Shown here: piece after piece, positions 16,590 to 25,211 of the stretch
Numbering within the stretch: the stretch's first letter is position 1
How the letters are laid out: every line of letters begins with the position of its first letter
From: Candidatus Omnitrophota bacterium
GTDB taxonomy: Bacteria; Omnitrophota; Gorgyraeia; Ghiorseimicrobiales; Ghiorseimicrobiaceae
Assembly (NCBI GenBank): GCA_030681595.1
Contig: JAUXSB010000036.1
Span: 1 to 62,016 of the forward strand
Direction: 5' to 3'
Length of the DNA stretch: 62,016 nt
The notes under the pieces: model-generated
What the model was told of the DNA's origin: nothing
What the model saw: the letters and a program-made list of their open reading frames with translations, nothing else
The model's database searches: none
Translations under genes and position numbers: made by a program

Positions 16590-18428
16590 TTACTCGCTCA
16601 ACCCAAGCCATTGGGTGCCGTTCCAAATTAATTCCAAAACATCATCATTGTCCAACGCCCTGTTAGCTCCTATATCAACATTGCCGCCGTTTTGTACAGT
16701 TATTGGATCCAACAGGCTTAGATCTTTACATCTTAAGATTAAAAGGTCTCCCTGACTTTTTCCATTTTCCAGAGTAATAGTTTGGTCACTACCGCTTATA
16801 TTATTAAGAATAATGTGGCTTGACGGCGAATACACCGGAGATCCTGAAGTTTTGCCTGCCGGATATACTATTTGGCCGCTGGCTGTTATATCAACTGTTA
16901 TCGGCTCAAAGGTGATTTTTTCCTTGCCGGTATATTTTGTGTTTACACCCAAGTCGTCTATCTTATTTGTGGCAAATGCTGCACCGGTTATATAATTAGT
17001 TACCAGGTAATTATTGTCGGAATTGGAAGGAATCTTTATCCCATATCCTGTGCCGACAGAATCATAGATTAAATTTCCGGAAATCAAATTATTATCATAC
17101 TTATCGTCTGCTGCTCCTGATGCCCCATCCACGAAAATACCATTGAAAGCGCCTGTTTGGCCATTATCATAAAGCGCGTTTCCGGAAATAAGCTGGCCTA
17201 CTCCGGCGTTAAACAAGATACCCTCATGCCGGTTATTGGCAATCACGTTATTGCTGATTATTGAATAATTGGGAATTTTCCCCCATGGCGAATCAGGAAG
17301 CCCCGGATTAACATCTTTATCCCCCCATAAAGCAATCCCTTCTCTTGCGCCGCCGGTTACAGAGTTTCCAGATACAATAGAACGGTCGCCATCAGCCCAG
17401 ATGCCGCCGGTCTTATTAGCGGAAACAATATTATTAGAAATTATATTGTTCGTGCCCGCGTCCCAAAGAGAGGCATATATTTCAGATGGATCATCTTCTG
17501 GAGCTCCGCCAACATCTCCACCAATGAGTATATTATCGGAAACAATGTTATTCTGCGAACTTCGTCCGAGATACAGTTCACCCTCGCTGCAGCGGCTAAT
17601 ATAGTTATGAGAAACGATGTTATTGCTGGAAGTGCCGACCAGCTCAAGGCCATCGGCGTTTTCGCTAGGATTACCCAAATCAATATGTGCGTTACTAATA
17701 ATATTATTGTTGGAGTTCGTACAATAAATACCCGCTCTGCCGCCTTGCGTGCCTCTTATCCAAACTTTATCAATTTTAGAGTAAGTTACGTTATCAAAAT
17801 ATATACCGGCGGATTTCGTCTCGCTGCCGTCAAGCTGAAGTTGAGAGATTAAAAGATTACTCGCCGAGGTAGCGTTGATAATGTAGTATTGTGTTTCGGC
17901 GGCACTTCTTTTTTTAAGTATTGTCCCATTGCCTGCGCCAATCAAGGAGATATTGTTTCTATTTAAAATAATCCCCGCGTTATCTTGTGTCTGGCCTGAT
18001 TGCATAGTAATATCGTAAGTGCCTTCTAACAAATATACTGCGCCGCCTGAGGCAGGACAAGCGGCAATTGCCGCATTAATCTTTACCTGATCATCCGTGC
18101 CGGTACATTGATAAGACGCCTCTGCCTTGTTTTTATCTAAAGAGTCGCTGGCGGCGACAATGATAGTGGCGACGTTCATAGGAAGAGCGATGGTATTCCA
18201 TTGGGCCGCGTCTGAAATATATACGTCATTCTCGGTAGTATCATAATAAATCTGGCCTTCCGGGCCGGCGGGGCTAGGGGCACTTGTCTTTGGCGTTAAA
18301 TATAAGCTAGGCGTATCTATGTCGCCGTCAACGGATAGCTTCTGGGCAAAGGCAGAAGAAACACTGCCGGCAACCACTAACCAGTAACCAGTAACCAGTA
18401 AAATTGTTGTTAGTCTATTTAGCTTCAT
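16590..18428 (-). CDS. secreted right-handed parallel beta-helix repeat protein, paralog 2
   Basis: The ORF is open to 18455, but MKLNRLTTILLVTGYWLVVAGSVSSAFA (start 18428) is a typical signal peptide. Blocks SYQCTGTDDQVKINAAI, VYLLEGTYDIT, LIGAGNGTIL, LLISQL, NNIISN repeats, TKYTGKEKITFE, and a C-terminal GDLLILR...LIWNGTQWLGL. Confidence 0.8.
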   Translation of the reverse strand: MKLNRLTTILLVTGYWLVVAGSVSSAFAQKLSVDGDIDTPSLYLTPKTSAPSPAGPEGQIYYDTTENDVYISDAAQWNTIALPMNVATIIVAASDSLDKNKAEASYQCTGTDDQVKINAAIAACPASGGAVYLLEGTYDITMQSGQTQDNAGIILNRNNISLIGAGNGTILKKRSAAETQYYIINATSASNLLISQLQLDGSETKSAGIYFDNVTYSKIDKVWIRGTQGGRAGIYCTNSNNNIISNAHIDLGNPSENADGLELVGTSSNNIVSHNYISRCSEGELYLGRSSQNNIVSDNILIGGDVGGAPEDDPSEIYASLWDAGTNNIISNNIVSANKTGGIWADGDRSIVSGNSVTGGAREGIALWGDKDVNPGLPDSPWGKIPNYSIISNNVIANNRHEGILFNAGVGQLISGNALYDNGQTGAFNGIFVDGASGAADDKYDNNLISGNLIYDSVGTGYGIKIPSNSDNNYLVTNYITGAAFATNKIDDLGVNTKYTGKEKITFEPITVDITASGQIVYPAGKTSGSPVYSPSSHIILNNISGSDQTITLENGKSQGDLLILRCKDLSLLDPITVQNGGNVDIGANRALDNDDVLELIWNGTQWLGLSE

Positions 18429-18490
18429 CTCTGCCTCGTTTTTAACGCATAACACACTTGCCCGCCGAAGCTTTGTGGCGGGTAGCGCGG

Positions 18491-20371
18491 CTAATTATCC
18501 GCATGGACCAACTCAAGCCATGCCGTGCCGTTCCAGATAAACTTTGAGGTAGTGTTTTTGCTCCATGTCCGGTTATTATCACTACCGCGAATCTCAAAAT
18601 TACTACCGCATATTGATTCATCTCCCACTCTGATAGAATAAGACGATGTGTTTTCTATAATGAGCAGGTCGCCTAATGCCTTGCCGTCATCAATTGCGGC
18701 AAGGCCGGGAAGGGGTAGCGTAGGATCGCCTAGCGTAACATCTGCGCTTCCGTTAACACTTAACCGAAGATAAGTTACTGGACCGGTGCCGGTAGAAGAA
18801 AGGTCAATTTTGCCCCCATTAACAACGGTATAAGTAACCGGCTCAAGGGTAATTTTGTCTTTACCGGTGTATTTGGTGTTGGTGCCGGAGTCATTTATTC
18901 TTCTATCGTATCCGCTACCAACGTATCCTGCGCCGTCAATATAATTGCCTGTAAGATAATTATTAGCACTTTCGGGAGAAACAATATATACGCCATACTT
19001 GCCATTAGCGCCGCCTGCGGCTTTATATATCCGGTTGGAAGAAATCGTATTATCATCAATTCCCGACTCAAGCACAATACCAAAATAGTTCGGCTCGTAA
19101 ATAATATTTCCGTAGATTGAATTACTACCGGCGCTTGACCTCCAAATATAAACCCCAGAATTTCCTGCTTCCTCTATAATATTATTATGGATCAAGTTGT
19201 TCTTAGCATATTCAATCAGAATACCCTGACCCATGGTATCTGTATTGTTAAATTTAATTATATTGCCGGAAATAATATTGTTATCGCAAGGGTAGTATGT
19301 AGAAGGGGCGAGATAATAAGCGAGGAGCTTAATGCCGGTTGCGCCGCCGGTAGTCATATCAATGGAATTATTAGAAATAACGTTACTGGTAGTAAGTTGA
19401 AGAAAAATACCGGTTGAGCCTACCCCCCCAATGGTATTGGCAGAAACAGTATTGTTTGTGCTGGCTGGCGGGTTAGCCATGCTGCCGTAGATTAATACCG
19501 CGAAGCCATTGCTGTAAAACACATTATTATGAATAGTGTTATTGGAAGATCCGACAAGAGATAACCCATTATTATTATTATAAAAATGATTATCGCAGAC
19601 AATGTTCATATTAGAAGAGGAAATAATTACAGCTTGATCTCCTCCGCCAAGTATATTTTCTACCCATACCGCGCTAATCTTAGAATTGGTTACACCGCTA
19701 AAAGACATACCTGTATTAGTACCCCCAAAATCGCCACTGCCGTCAATTCTAAGCTGGGAAATAAGAATATTACTGATATTACTTGCTTTAATAACGCCGT
19801 CTATGCCTTCGAGAACTTGTTTTAGCACTGTGCCTGCGCCGGTGCCGATTAGGGCCTTACCGGAATCCGTGGTGCCACTGGCACCGGTATTATCAAAATT
19901 TATCGAGCCCGATATATTATAAGTCCCTTCCAAAAGATAGATTACTCCCGGTATCTTATTACCTGAAGTATCCACTAATGAATCTATGGCCGCATTTATC
20001 TCGGCTTGGTCGTCTGTGCCGTCACAGATGTAATCCGCGGTTTTATTGGTAAGCCGGGAATCTAAAGCCGGAACTGCGGGGTTGCGAGTTACCCCCACAA
20101 TCCTTGAAGCAATGGTTTTGCCGCCAGCGACTGCATCCCAGCCTGTGCCGTCGGAAACATAAACTTTGTCATTCTGGTAAACCACTCTTCCGCCAGTTCC
20201 GTCTCCCTTTTGAGCGGGAGAAGTTGTTTGCTCAACAAAAGTCGCGGTCTCCGTCTTAAGCTTTCCGCCACTTTCAACGGCAAGGTCGGCGGAAAACAGA
20301 GGAACGAATGACGAAAGGAGAAAGACGAAAATAAAAAATACGCTTGTGCTAATTGATTTACCCGCTTTCAT
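18491..20371 (-). CDS. secreted right-handed parallel beta-helix repeat protein, paralog 3
   Basis: The ORF is open to 20437, overlapping the upstream gene. MKAGKSISTSVFFIFVFLLSSFVPLFSA (start 20371) is the likely signal peptide. Blocks ADYICDGTDDQAEINAAI, VIYLLEGTYNIS, LIGTGAGTVL, ILISQL, TKYTGKDKITLE, and a C-terminal GDLLIIEN...FIWNGTAWLEL. Confidence 0.8.
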   Translation of the reverse strand: MKAGKSISTSVFFIFVFLLSSFVPLFSADLAVESGGKLKTETATFVEQTTSPAQKGDGTGGRVVYQNDKVYVSDGTGWDAVAGGKTIASRIVGVTRNPAVPALDSRLTNKTADYICDGTDDQAEINAAIDSLVDTSGNKIPGVIYLLEGTYNISGSINFDNTGASGTTDSGKALIGTGAGTVLKQVLEGIDGVIKASNISNILISQLRIDGSGDFGGTNTGMSFSGVTNSKISAVWVENILGGGDQAVIISSSNMNIVCDNHFYNNNNGLSLVGSSNNTIHNNVFYSNGFAVLIYGSMANPPASTNNTVSANTIGGVGSTGIFLQLTTSNVISNNSIDMTTGGATGIKLLAYYLAPSTYYPCDNNIISGNIIKFNNTDTMGQGILIEYAKNNLIHNNIIEEAGNSGVYIWRSSAGSNSIYGNIIYEPNYFGIVLESGIDDNTISSNRIYKAAGGANGKYGVYIVSPESANNYLTGNYIDGAGYVGSGYDRRINDSGTNTKYTGKDKITLEPVTYTVVNGGKIDLSSTGTGPVTYLRLSVNGSADVTLGDPTLPLPGLAAIDDGKALGDLLIIENTSSYSIRVGDESICGSNFEIRGSDNNRTWSKNTTSKFIWNGTAWLELVHADN

Positions 20372-20417
20372 TGCTACATCCTTTGTTCTATTAATTTTTC
20401 GCTTTTCATTTTTAATT

Positions 20418-21311
20418 TTACTGTATCCCCACCCCACCCATGGTACTTGTGCCCGCGCCGGATATGGTGACTGAACCAGTGATAATACTTCTATTTAAAC
20501 CTGTGTTGCGCGAGGCATCGGTAAAATTATAGCTGTATCCGCCTTTAATAGTTACGCCTTGGCCGATAGTAACGTTTTCCCATGTCAAGGTTTCTGCGGA
20601 AATCCTAATCTCATGGTCATTGGTTGCCGCGGTAAGATTATCTACCGCTGATGGCGACTCAAGCGGAGAATCAAGCGTATCATGCAACCTTTCTATTTCC
20701 ACAAAAGCCCTTGTCGCCGGGATTACCTTTACCAAAGCCAGCGATTTTATTCTGGCGAGCTGGGTTAAAGTTACCTGGTCCTTAATGCTACCGTCGCTAT
20801 TATATACTTTGCCCGTTGACCTTACCCAAAGGCGACCCGGGACAAAAGTATTAGCACTAGCTACGGTCTTACCAAATGCTATCTTCACCGTATACTTACC
20901 GACAGAATTTGCCGCATCGGGAAAATCCACATCAACATAAAAATCTTGGTAATCAGAACGGATATCGCTGGGGTCATCCGGGTCTGTGCCGGCGGAAGAC
21001 GGACTAGGCACTGCGGCGGCCACCCTATTAATCTTATTGTTAGAATTAGCTACGGTGCCGTTAGCCGCGCCGCCTGTCCCATCTGCCCAGCTTTTATCTT
21101 TGTCATACTCGCAGGATAAATCAATAAACGCCTGCTCAAGGCCGGCTCTGGCGATATATTCAGCAGAGCCTGTAGCCATTTCATGCTCCGCTCTCTTGCG
21201 CTCGCTGATAGTCATCGCCACATAGGCGGTCAAAAGGGCGCTTACCATCGTTACTACGATGATCGCCATAATTAACGCCATACCCTTATTGTTCTTTCTT
21301 GGTTTATTCAT
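20418..21311 (-). CDS. PilX-like minor pseudopilin
   Basis: 297 aa. N-terminal KGMALIMAIIVVTMVSALLTAYVAMTI hydrophobic helix typical of the PilX_N domain. Lies in a pseudopilin gene row. Confidence 0.6.
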   Translation of the reverse strand: MNKPRKNNKGMALIMAIIVVTMVSALLTAYVAMTISERKRAEHEMATGSAEYIARAGLEQAFIDLSCEYDKDKSWADGTGGAANGTVANSNNKINRVAAAVPSPSSAGTDPDDPSDIRSDYQDFYVDVDFPDAANSVGKYTVKIAFGKTVASANTFVPGRLWVRSTGKVYNSDGSIKDQVTLTQLARIKSLALVKVIPATRAFVEIERLHDTLDSPLESPSAVDNLTAATNDHEIRISAETLTWENVTIGQGVTIKGGYSYNFTDASRNTGLNRSIITGSVTISGAGTSTMGGVGIQ

Positions 21312-21319
21312 CTCTTATG

Positions 21320-21384
21320 CTCCAAGCTGCATGCCACAGGCTACAAGCTAAAAGCATGGAGCTTGAAGCCTGAAGCTTGTGGCC
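21320..21384 (-). repeat. hairpin built from CAAGC/GCTTG words
   Basis: ctccaagctgcatgccacaggctacaagct-aaa-agcatggagcttgaagcctgaagcttgtggcc. Same family as 7231-7274 and 16499-16537. Confidence 0.75.
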
Positions 21385-21389
21385 TAAAA

Positions 21390-22058
21390 TTAGTTCCTAA
21401 AATCCACCCTTGCGGACATGGGTACGCTCAAAGCGGGAATATTACCCCTTTGCATTGCTTTGCTTGCGATTACGGTTATGGTCAAAGAATTTCCGGATAA
21501 GGTAAACTGTACACTGCTAATATCGTTGGCTAAAATCCTTCTTTTAGATATATCCAGGCCTCCTCCTGACGAAAAATTATCCCTGATAAACTGGTTTGGT
21601 TTACTGTCAGTACCTACATAATACTTAAGCTGGCCGTTTAGGTTAGTCCCAGATTCGCCTCCATCGCCCCAGACAATATTGCCTAAAGCATCTATCCCTT
21701 GAGACCCCTTTAGCGGTATCATAAAAGCTATTTCGCTTACCAAAACACCCTCTGAAAAAGGAACATTATAGGCAGGGGGCGGGCTAGGATTCAACGTAGC
21801 GGTATCGTATACCCGCGCCTTGCTGGAAAGGCCAAGCTCGCCAACCATCTTACTTAAGGCCTGATTTGCCTGCGCGGAAAGATAAGCTTTAGTAGTACCC
21901 ATACTCAGCGAGATATCATAAATACGCATTGCGCCGAAGGTAACGCCGGAAACAATGGTGAGGATAGAAACGGTCACCAGAATTTCCATAAGAGTAAATC
22001 CTCTTCTTCGTTTAGCGTTTAGCGTATAGCGTATAGCGTATAGTAAAGAATAAATCAT
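21390..22058 (-). CDS. pseudopilin with prepilin-type N-terminal cleavage/methylation domain
   Basis: ...AKRRRG/FTLMEILVTVSILTIVSG is the class III signal peptide (G|F, Glu at +5). It has an unusually long 20-aa leader, MIYSLLYAIRYTLNAKRRRG. Confidence 0.8.
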   Translation of the reverse strand: MIYSLLYAIRYTLNAKRRRGFTLMEILVTVSILTIVSGVTFGAMRIYDISLSMGTTKAYLSAQANQALSKMVGELGLSSKARVYDTATLNPSPPPAYNVPFSEGVLVSEIAFMIPLKGSQGIDALGNIVWGDGGESGTNLNGQLKYYVGTDSKPNQFIRDNFSSGGGLDISKRRILANDISSVQFTLSGNSLTITVIASKAMQRGNIPALSVPMSARVDFRN

Positions 22059-22063
22059 TTTAC

Positions 22064-23623
22064 CTACTCTCTCCCCAAATAAACCTGTGACGGATAGCCC
22101 CGGCTAGCAAGTATCCCGGTAACGTGCACCGGCGAATCTAAAAAGCCGTTTCCGTTAACGTCTTCTGTTTCCGCGCCGGCTCCAAAAGTATCCAATCCGC
22201 CATTTAATGCCTTAGGCAAATCTTCACTGGCATATCCTTGCTTGCCATTGTCTTCGCCGATAATTCTTCCTTTGTTATCCCGAAAAGCGACCGTGATATC
22301 TACCTGATACATCCGGTCCGCGCCGTATGACATCCAATTATTCCCGGTAACTCCGCCGCCGAGTATCCAAAGCCTGCCATAAAAAACAACCGCGTCAAAG
22401 CCACCGGCTGCCCAGGAAGGAACAGCGGAAAGAATCCATTTTATACCATCCGAGGAATACCAAATTTGCCTAAGGTTAGTAGCGCCATCATTACCGCCGA
22501 CAACCCAGATTTTTCCGTCCAAGACAACCGCCCGATGCATGTATCTCGGGATCCAGGCAGCGTTGGCTACCTGCGTCCAGCTTACCCCATCTGAAGAATA
22601 CCAAACATCATTAAGATAACCGCTACTGCCCTTACCGCCTAAAACCCAGATTTTGTTATCAAAGACCACCGCGGCATGATGATATCTCGCGCTCCAGGCA
22701 GCGTCGGCAACCCGTGTCCAGGTCGCTCCATCTGAAGAATACCAAACATCATTACGGTAGCCGCTAGTATCCCGGCCGCCGAATACCCAGATTCTCCCAT
22801 CATATACAAGTGCGGTATGCCCGTCTCGCGCGGTCCATCCTGCGTTAGAAGTTTTCGCATACCATGCCTGCTTGCCATCAGCTAAATCGGCATCACTAAC
22901 CTCCGGCGTATACCAGACATCATTTAACAGGTTTCCCCAGCCCATATCGCCGCCAAGAATAAAAATTCCATTATCAAAATTCACGGCGGGAAAAGAGAAT
23001 CTGCCGGGCCATATGCCTGAACCCAGCGGAGTAACATCAAAAACTAAGGTTTGCACCCAAGCCCAAGTCTTAGCATCGAAATAATGACGGTTATCATAAA
23101 CGATACCGCACTCATTGCCGCCAAGTACCCAGATTTTTGCACCGGTTGTGCTATCACCTTGCGTTACTACAGCGGCGGGATTATAAATATAGGCATCAAC
23201 AGTAAGATTCGGGCCTGCTGTCCAGGTATCATAAATATCCGTAAGCCTGATATTCCCCATGGCGTATTTATTATTTGCGCTATCGCGCAGTGGAAAAATC
23301 CGATTTATATAGAGCATCTCTGCCGTGTCTCCGTCGCCGTCAATATCAGTTACGTCCATTTGATTTGTATCATACCAATCAAAAAGCTTGCGGAAATTCA
23401 TTGCCCGCATTTCCTCCAGCTTCGCCTTTGCTGCCTGTAAAACTGTGGATTGCTTCTGGGTAGTTTCGCTTAAATTTTGGGTAACATTAAAAGAAGTTAA
23501 TGTGGCGGTAAGAAAAACGATCAAAATACCCATAGAAGCAAGGGTCTCAACGAGGGTAAAACCGCTTCTTCGTTTAGCGTATAGCGTATAGCGTATAGCG
23601 TATAATAATAGGCCCGCAGTCAT
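22064..23623 (-). CDS. pseudopilin carrying a large Kelch-type beta-propeller insertion
   Basis: Leader MTAGLLLYAIRYTLYAKRRSG/FTLVETLASMGILIVF (prepilin motif). Then about six Kelch-like blades, e.g. DGRIWVFGGRDTSGYRNDVWYSSDGATWTRVADAAWSARYHHAAVVFDNKIWVLGGKGSSGYLNDVWYSSDGVSWTQV... Asp-rich loops DIDGDGD and EDVNGNGFLD. Confidence 0.8.
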   Translation of the reverse strand: MTAGLLLYAIRYTLYAKRRSGFTLVETLASMGILIVFLTATLTSFNVTQNLSETTQKQSTVLQAAKAKLEEMRAMNFRKLFDWYDTNQMDVTDIDGDGDTAEMLYINRIFPLRDSANNKYAMGNIRLTDIYDTWTAGPNLTVDAYIYNPAAVVTQGDSTTGAKIWVLGGNECGIVYDNRHYFDAKTWAWVQTLVFDVTPLGSGIWPGRFSFPAVNFDNGIFILGGDMGWGNLLNDVWYTPEVSDADLADGKQAWYAKTSNAGWTARDGHTALVYDGRIWVFGGRDTSGYRNDVWYSSDGATWTRVADAAWSARYHHAAVVFDNKIWVLGGKGSSGYLNDVWYSSDGVSWTQVANAAWIPRYMHRAVVLDGKIWVVGGNDGATNLRQIWYSSDGIKWILSAVPSWAAGGFDAVVFYGRLWILGGGVTGNNWMSYGADRMYQVDITVAFRDNKGRIIGEDNGKQGYASEDLPKALNGGLDTFGAGAETEDVNGNGFLDSPVHVTGILASRGYPSQVYLGRE

Positions 23624-23633
23624 CCTAGCTCCT

Positions 23634-23674
23634 AAAATAAAAATGCCATCTGCCGAAGAATTCTAGCAAATGGC
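23634..23674 (-). terminator. intrinsic terminator forming the expression platform of the riboswitch candidate
   Basis: Minus strand: GCCAUUUGCU-(10-nt loop)-GGCAGAUGGC followed by AUUUUUAUUUU, immediately before the SD AGGAG (23629-23633) and the ATG at 23623. Confidence 0.65.
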
Positions 23675-23694
23675 TTCTTGTGTGCATTGCTTCC

Positions 23695-23780
23695 TTCGGC
23701 AATTCAGCCATCCGCCAACGTACTGTGGTGGATCTGTAATTTTGCGCCCCCTGATTACTCAGGGTTTGCCTTTTCGAGAA
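23695..23780 (-). promoter_or_regulatory. candidate c-di-GMP-I (GEMM-I) riboswitch aptamer
   Basis: Minus strand: AAAAGGCAAACC CUGA-GUAA-UCAG GGGGCGCAAAAUUACAGAUCCACCACAGUACGUUGGCGGAUGGCUGAAUUGCC. It has the GGCAAACC core, a 4-bp helix capped by a GNRA tetraloop, the GGGRCGCAAA junction and a second bulged helix, as in the V. cholerae Vc2 aptamer. Confidence 0.65.
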
Positions 23781-23808
23781 ATTTATATTATATTGATTTT
23801 GCATAAAA

Positions 23809-23837
23809 AGTATAGCATATATTTTATAACTTTACAA
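23809..23837 (-). promoter_or_regulatory. sigma70-type promoter of the riboswitch-controlled operon
   Basis: Minus strand: TTGTAA - 17 nt - TATACT, ~25 nt upstream of the aptamer core. Confidence 0.5.
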
Positions 23838-23875
23838 GGGGTATAATCATAACCTATTATTTTACAACGGGTTAA

Positions 23876-23995
23876 CCCCGTTAGAGATAGCCCCGAAACT
23901 TCGGGGCGTCTATTAAGCTTAAAACTAATCATTGCTTCTTGCTTCCTTATATAACACTTACCCCGTAGATGCATCTCTTGTTATCTCTAACGGGG
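23876..23995. mobile_element. MITE-like element copy a (14-bp perfect terminal inverted repeats CCCCGTTAGAGATA / TATCTCTAACGGGG)
   Basis: 120 bp. Internal hairpin GCCCCGAAACTTCGGGGC next to the left end. Flanked on both sides by TTAA. The right flank supplies the pilC stop codon. Confidence 0.6.
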
Positions 23996-25210
23996 TTAAT
24001 GCCCTAACTTCTTAATAATCTCCAGGATCGGCAAAAACATCGAGAGGGCAATCGTGGCAACTATGCCTCCCAAAAAAATGATTAACAACGGCTCTATTAA
24101 AGACATTAAAGCCCCGATAGCCGCATCCGCTTCACTTTCATAAAAATCCGCGATTTTATCCAACATCGGCGAAATACTACCCGTTTCCTCCCCCACCGTA
24201 ATCATATCTACAACCAGGGGGGCAAAAACGCCCTTGCCTGAGGCTTTAAGCGAATCACCGATTTTTTCACCCCGCGAAACCCGGGCCCTGGCACCCATAA
24301 GCCCTTTTTCTACTACCATATTATCAGCAGTTTTGGCTACTATTTCTAATCCATTAATGATGGAAATACCGCTCTTAACCAAGGTGGCCAAGGTGCGGGC
24401 AAAACGCGCGATCACTACCTTAAGGATAATATTGCCGAACACCGGCGTCTTTAAACACGCCCTATCAAAATTATAGCGGCCGGTTTCGCTACGGACATAC
24501 AGCCTGAGGGCAATAACAATCGCGGCTATCGCTGCCAAAAGATACGGATAAAACCCGCGGATAAGATCGCTTATCTTAATTACTATCTGCGTAGGCAGCG
24601 GCAGTTCGATTTGCAGGGAAACAAACATCTCCCGAAACGATGGGATTACTTTAATAAAAATAAAGGATGTGATTAAGACCGACATAGCAACTACTATCGC
24701 CGGATAAATTAAAGCCCCCTTCAATTTACGGGCGAGCTTATCTATTTCTTCTAAGTAACCGGCCATTTTTTCTAAGATCAAATCCAAGGCACCCCCCATC
24801 TCGCCGGCCTTGACCATATTGACATAGATAGAAGAGAATACGCGCGGATGAGCCGCCATTGCCTCAGAAAGGCTGCGCCCGGATTCAATATTAACCTGCA
24901 GGGAGTTAACCATCTTTTTTAAAGTCTTGTTTGTTACCTGATCATGGATAATGCTTAATCCTTTAACTAGAGGCACCCCGGCTTTAACCAGTGTGGCAAG
25001 CTGGCGAGAAAACACTACCAGCTCATTTAGCTTTACCCCTTTTTCTCTGCTAAGAAAAGACATGCCTTCGGCTTTTATTTCGTTAACAGAGACGATTGTT
25101 ACCGGCTCCTTTCTTAAAAAAGAAATGACGCTGGCACGATCGCGGGATTCTACTTCGCCTTGAATACGCTGGTTTTTGACATTAATAATACTATATTTAA
25201 ACTTGGACAT
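23996..25210 (-). CDS. pilC: type IV pilus / T2SS platform protein PilC (GspF family)
   Basis: 404 aa. Duplicated GspF domains and three TM segments. Motifs LATLVKAGVPL and LATLVKSGISI. Confidence 0.9.
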   Translation of the reverse strand: MSKFKYSIINVKNQRIQGEVESRDRASVISFLRKEPVTIVSVNEIKAEGMSFLSREKGVKLNELVVFSRQLATLVKAGVPLVKGLSIIHDQVTNKTLKKMVNSLQVNIESGRSLSEAMAAHPRVFSSIYVNMVKAGEMGGALDLILEKMAGYLEEIDKLARKLKGALIYPAIVVAMSVLITSFIFIKVIPSFREMFVSLQIELPLPTQIVIKISDLIRGFYPYLLAAIAAIVIALRLYVRSETGRYNFDRACLKTPVFGNIILKVVIARFARTLATLVKSGISIINGLEIVAKTADNMVVEKGLMGARARVSRGEKIGDSLKASGKGVFAPLVVDMITVGEETGSISPMLDKIADFYESEADAAIGALMSLIEPLLIIFLGGIVATIALSMFLPILEIIKKLGH

Positions 25211-25211
25211 T

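Noticed and set aside
23783-23974. 63-aa minus-strand ORF between pilC and the riboswitch promoter.
   Set aside because: It covers the MITE-like element and the promoter region. There is no SD and no recognisable fold.
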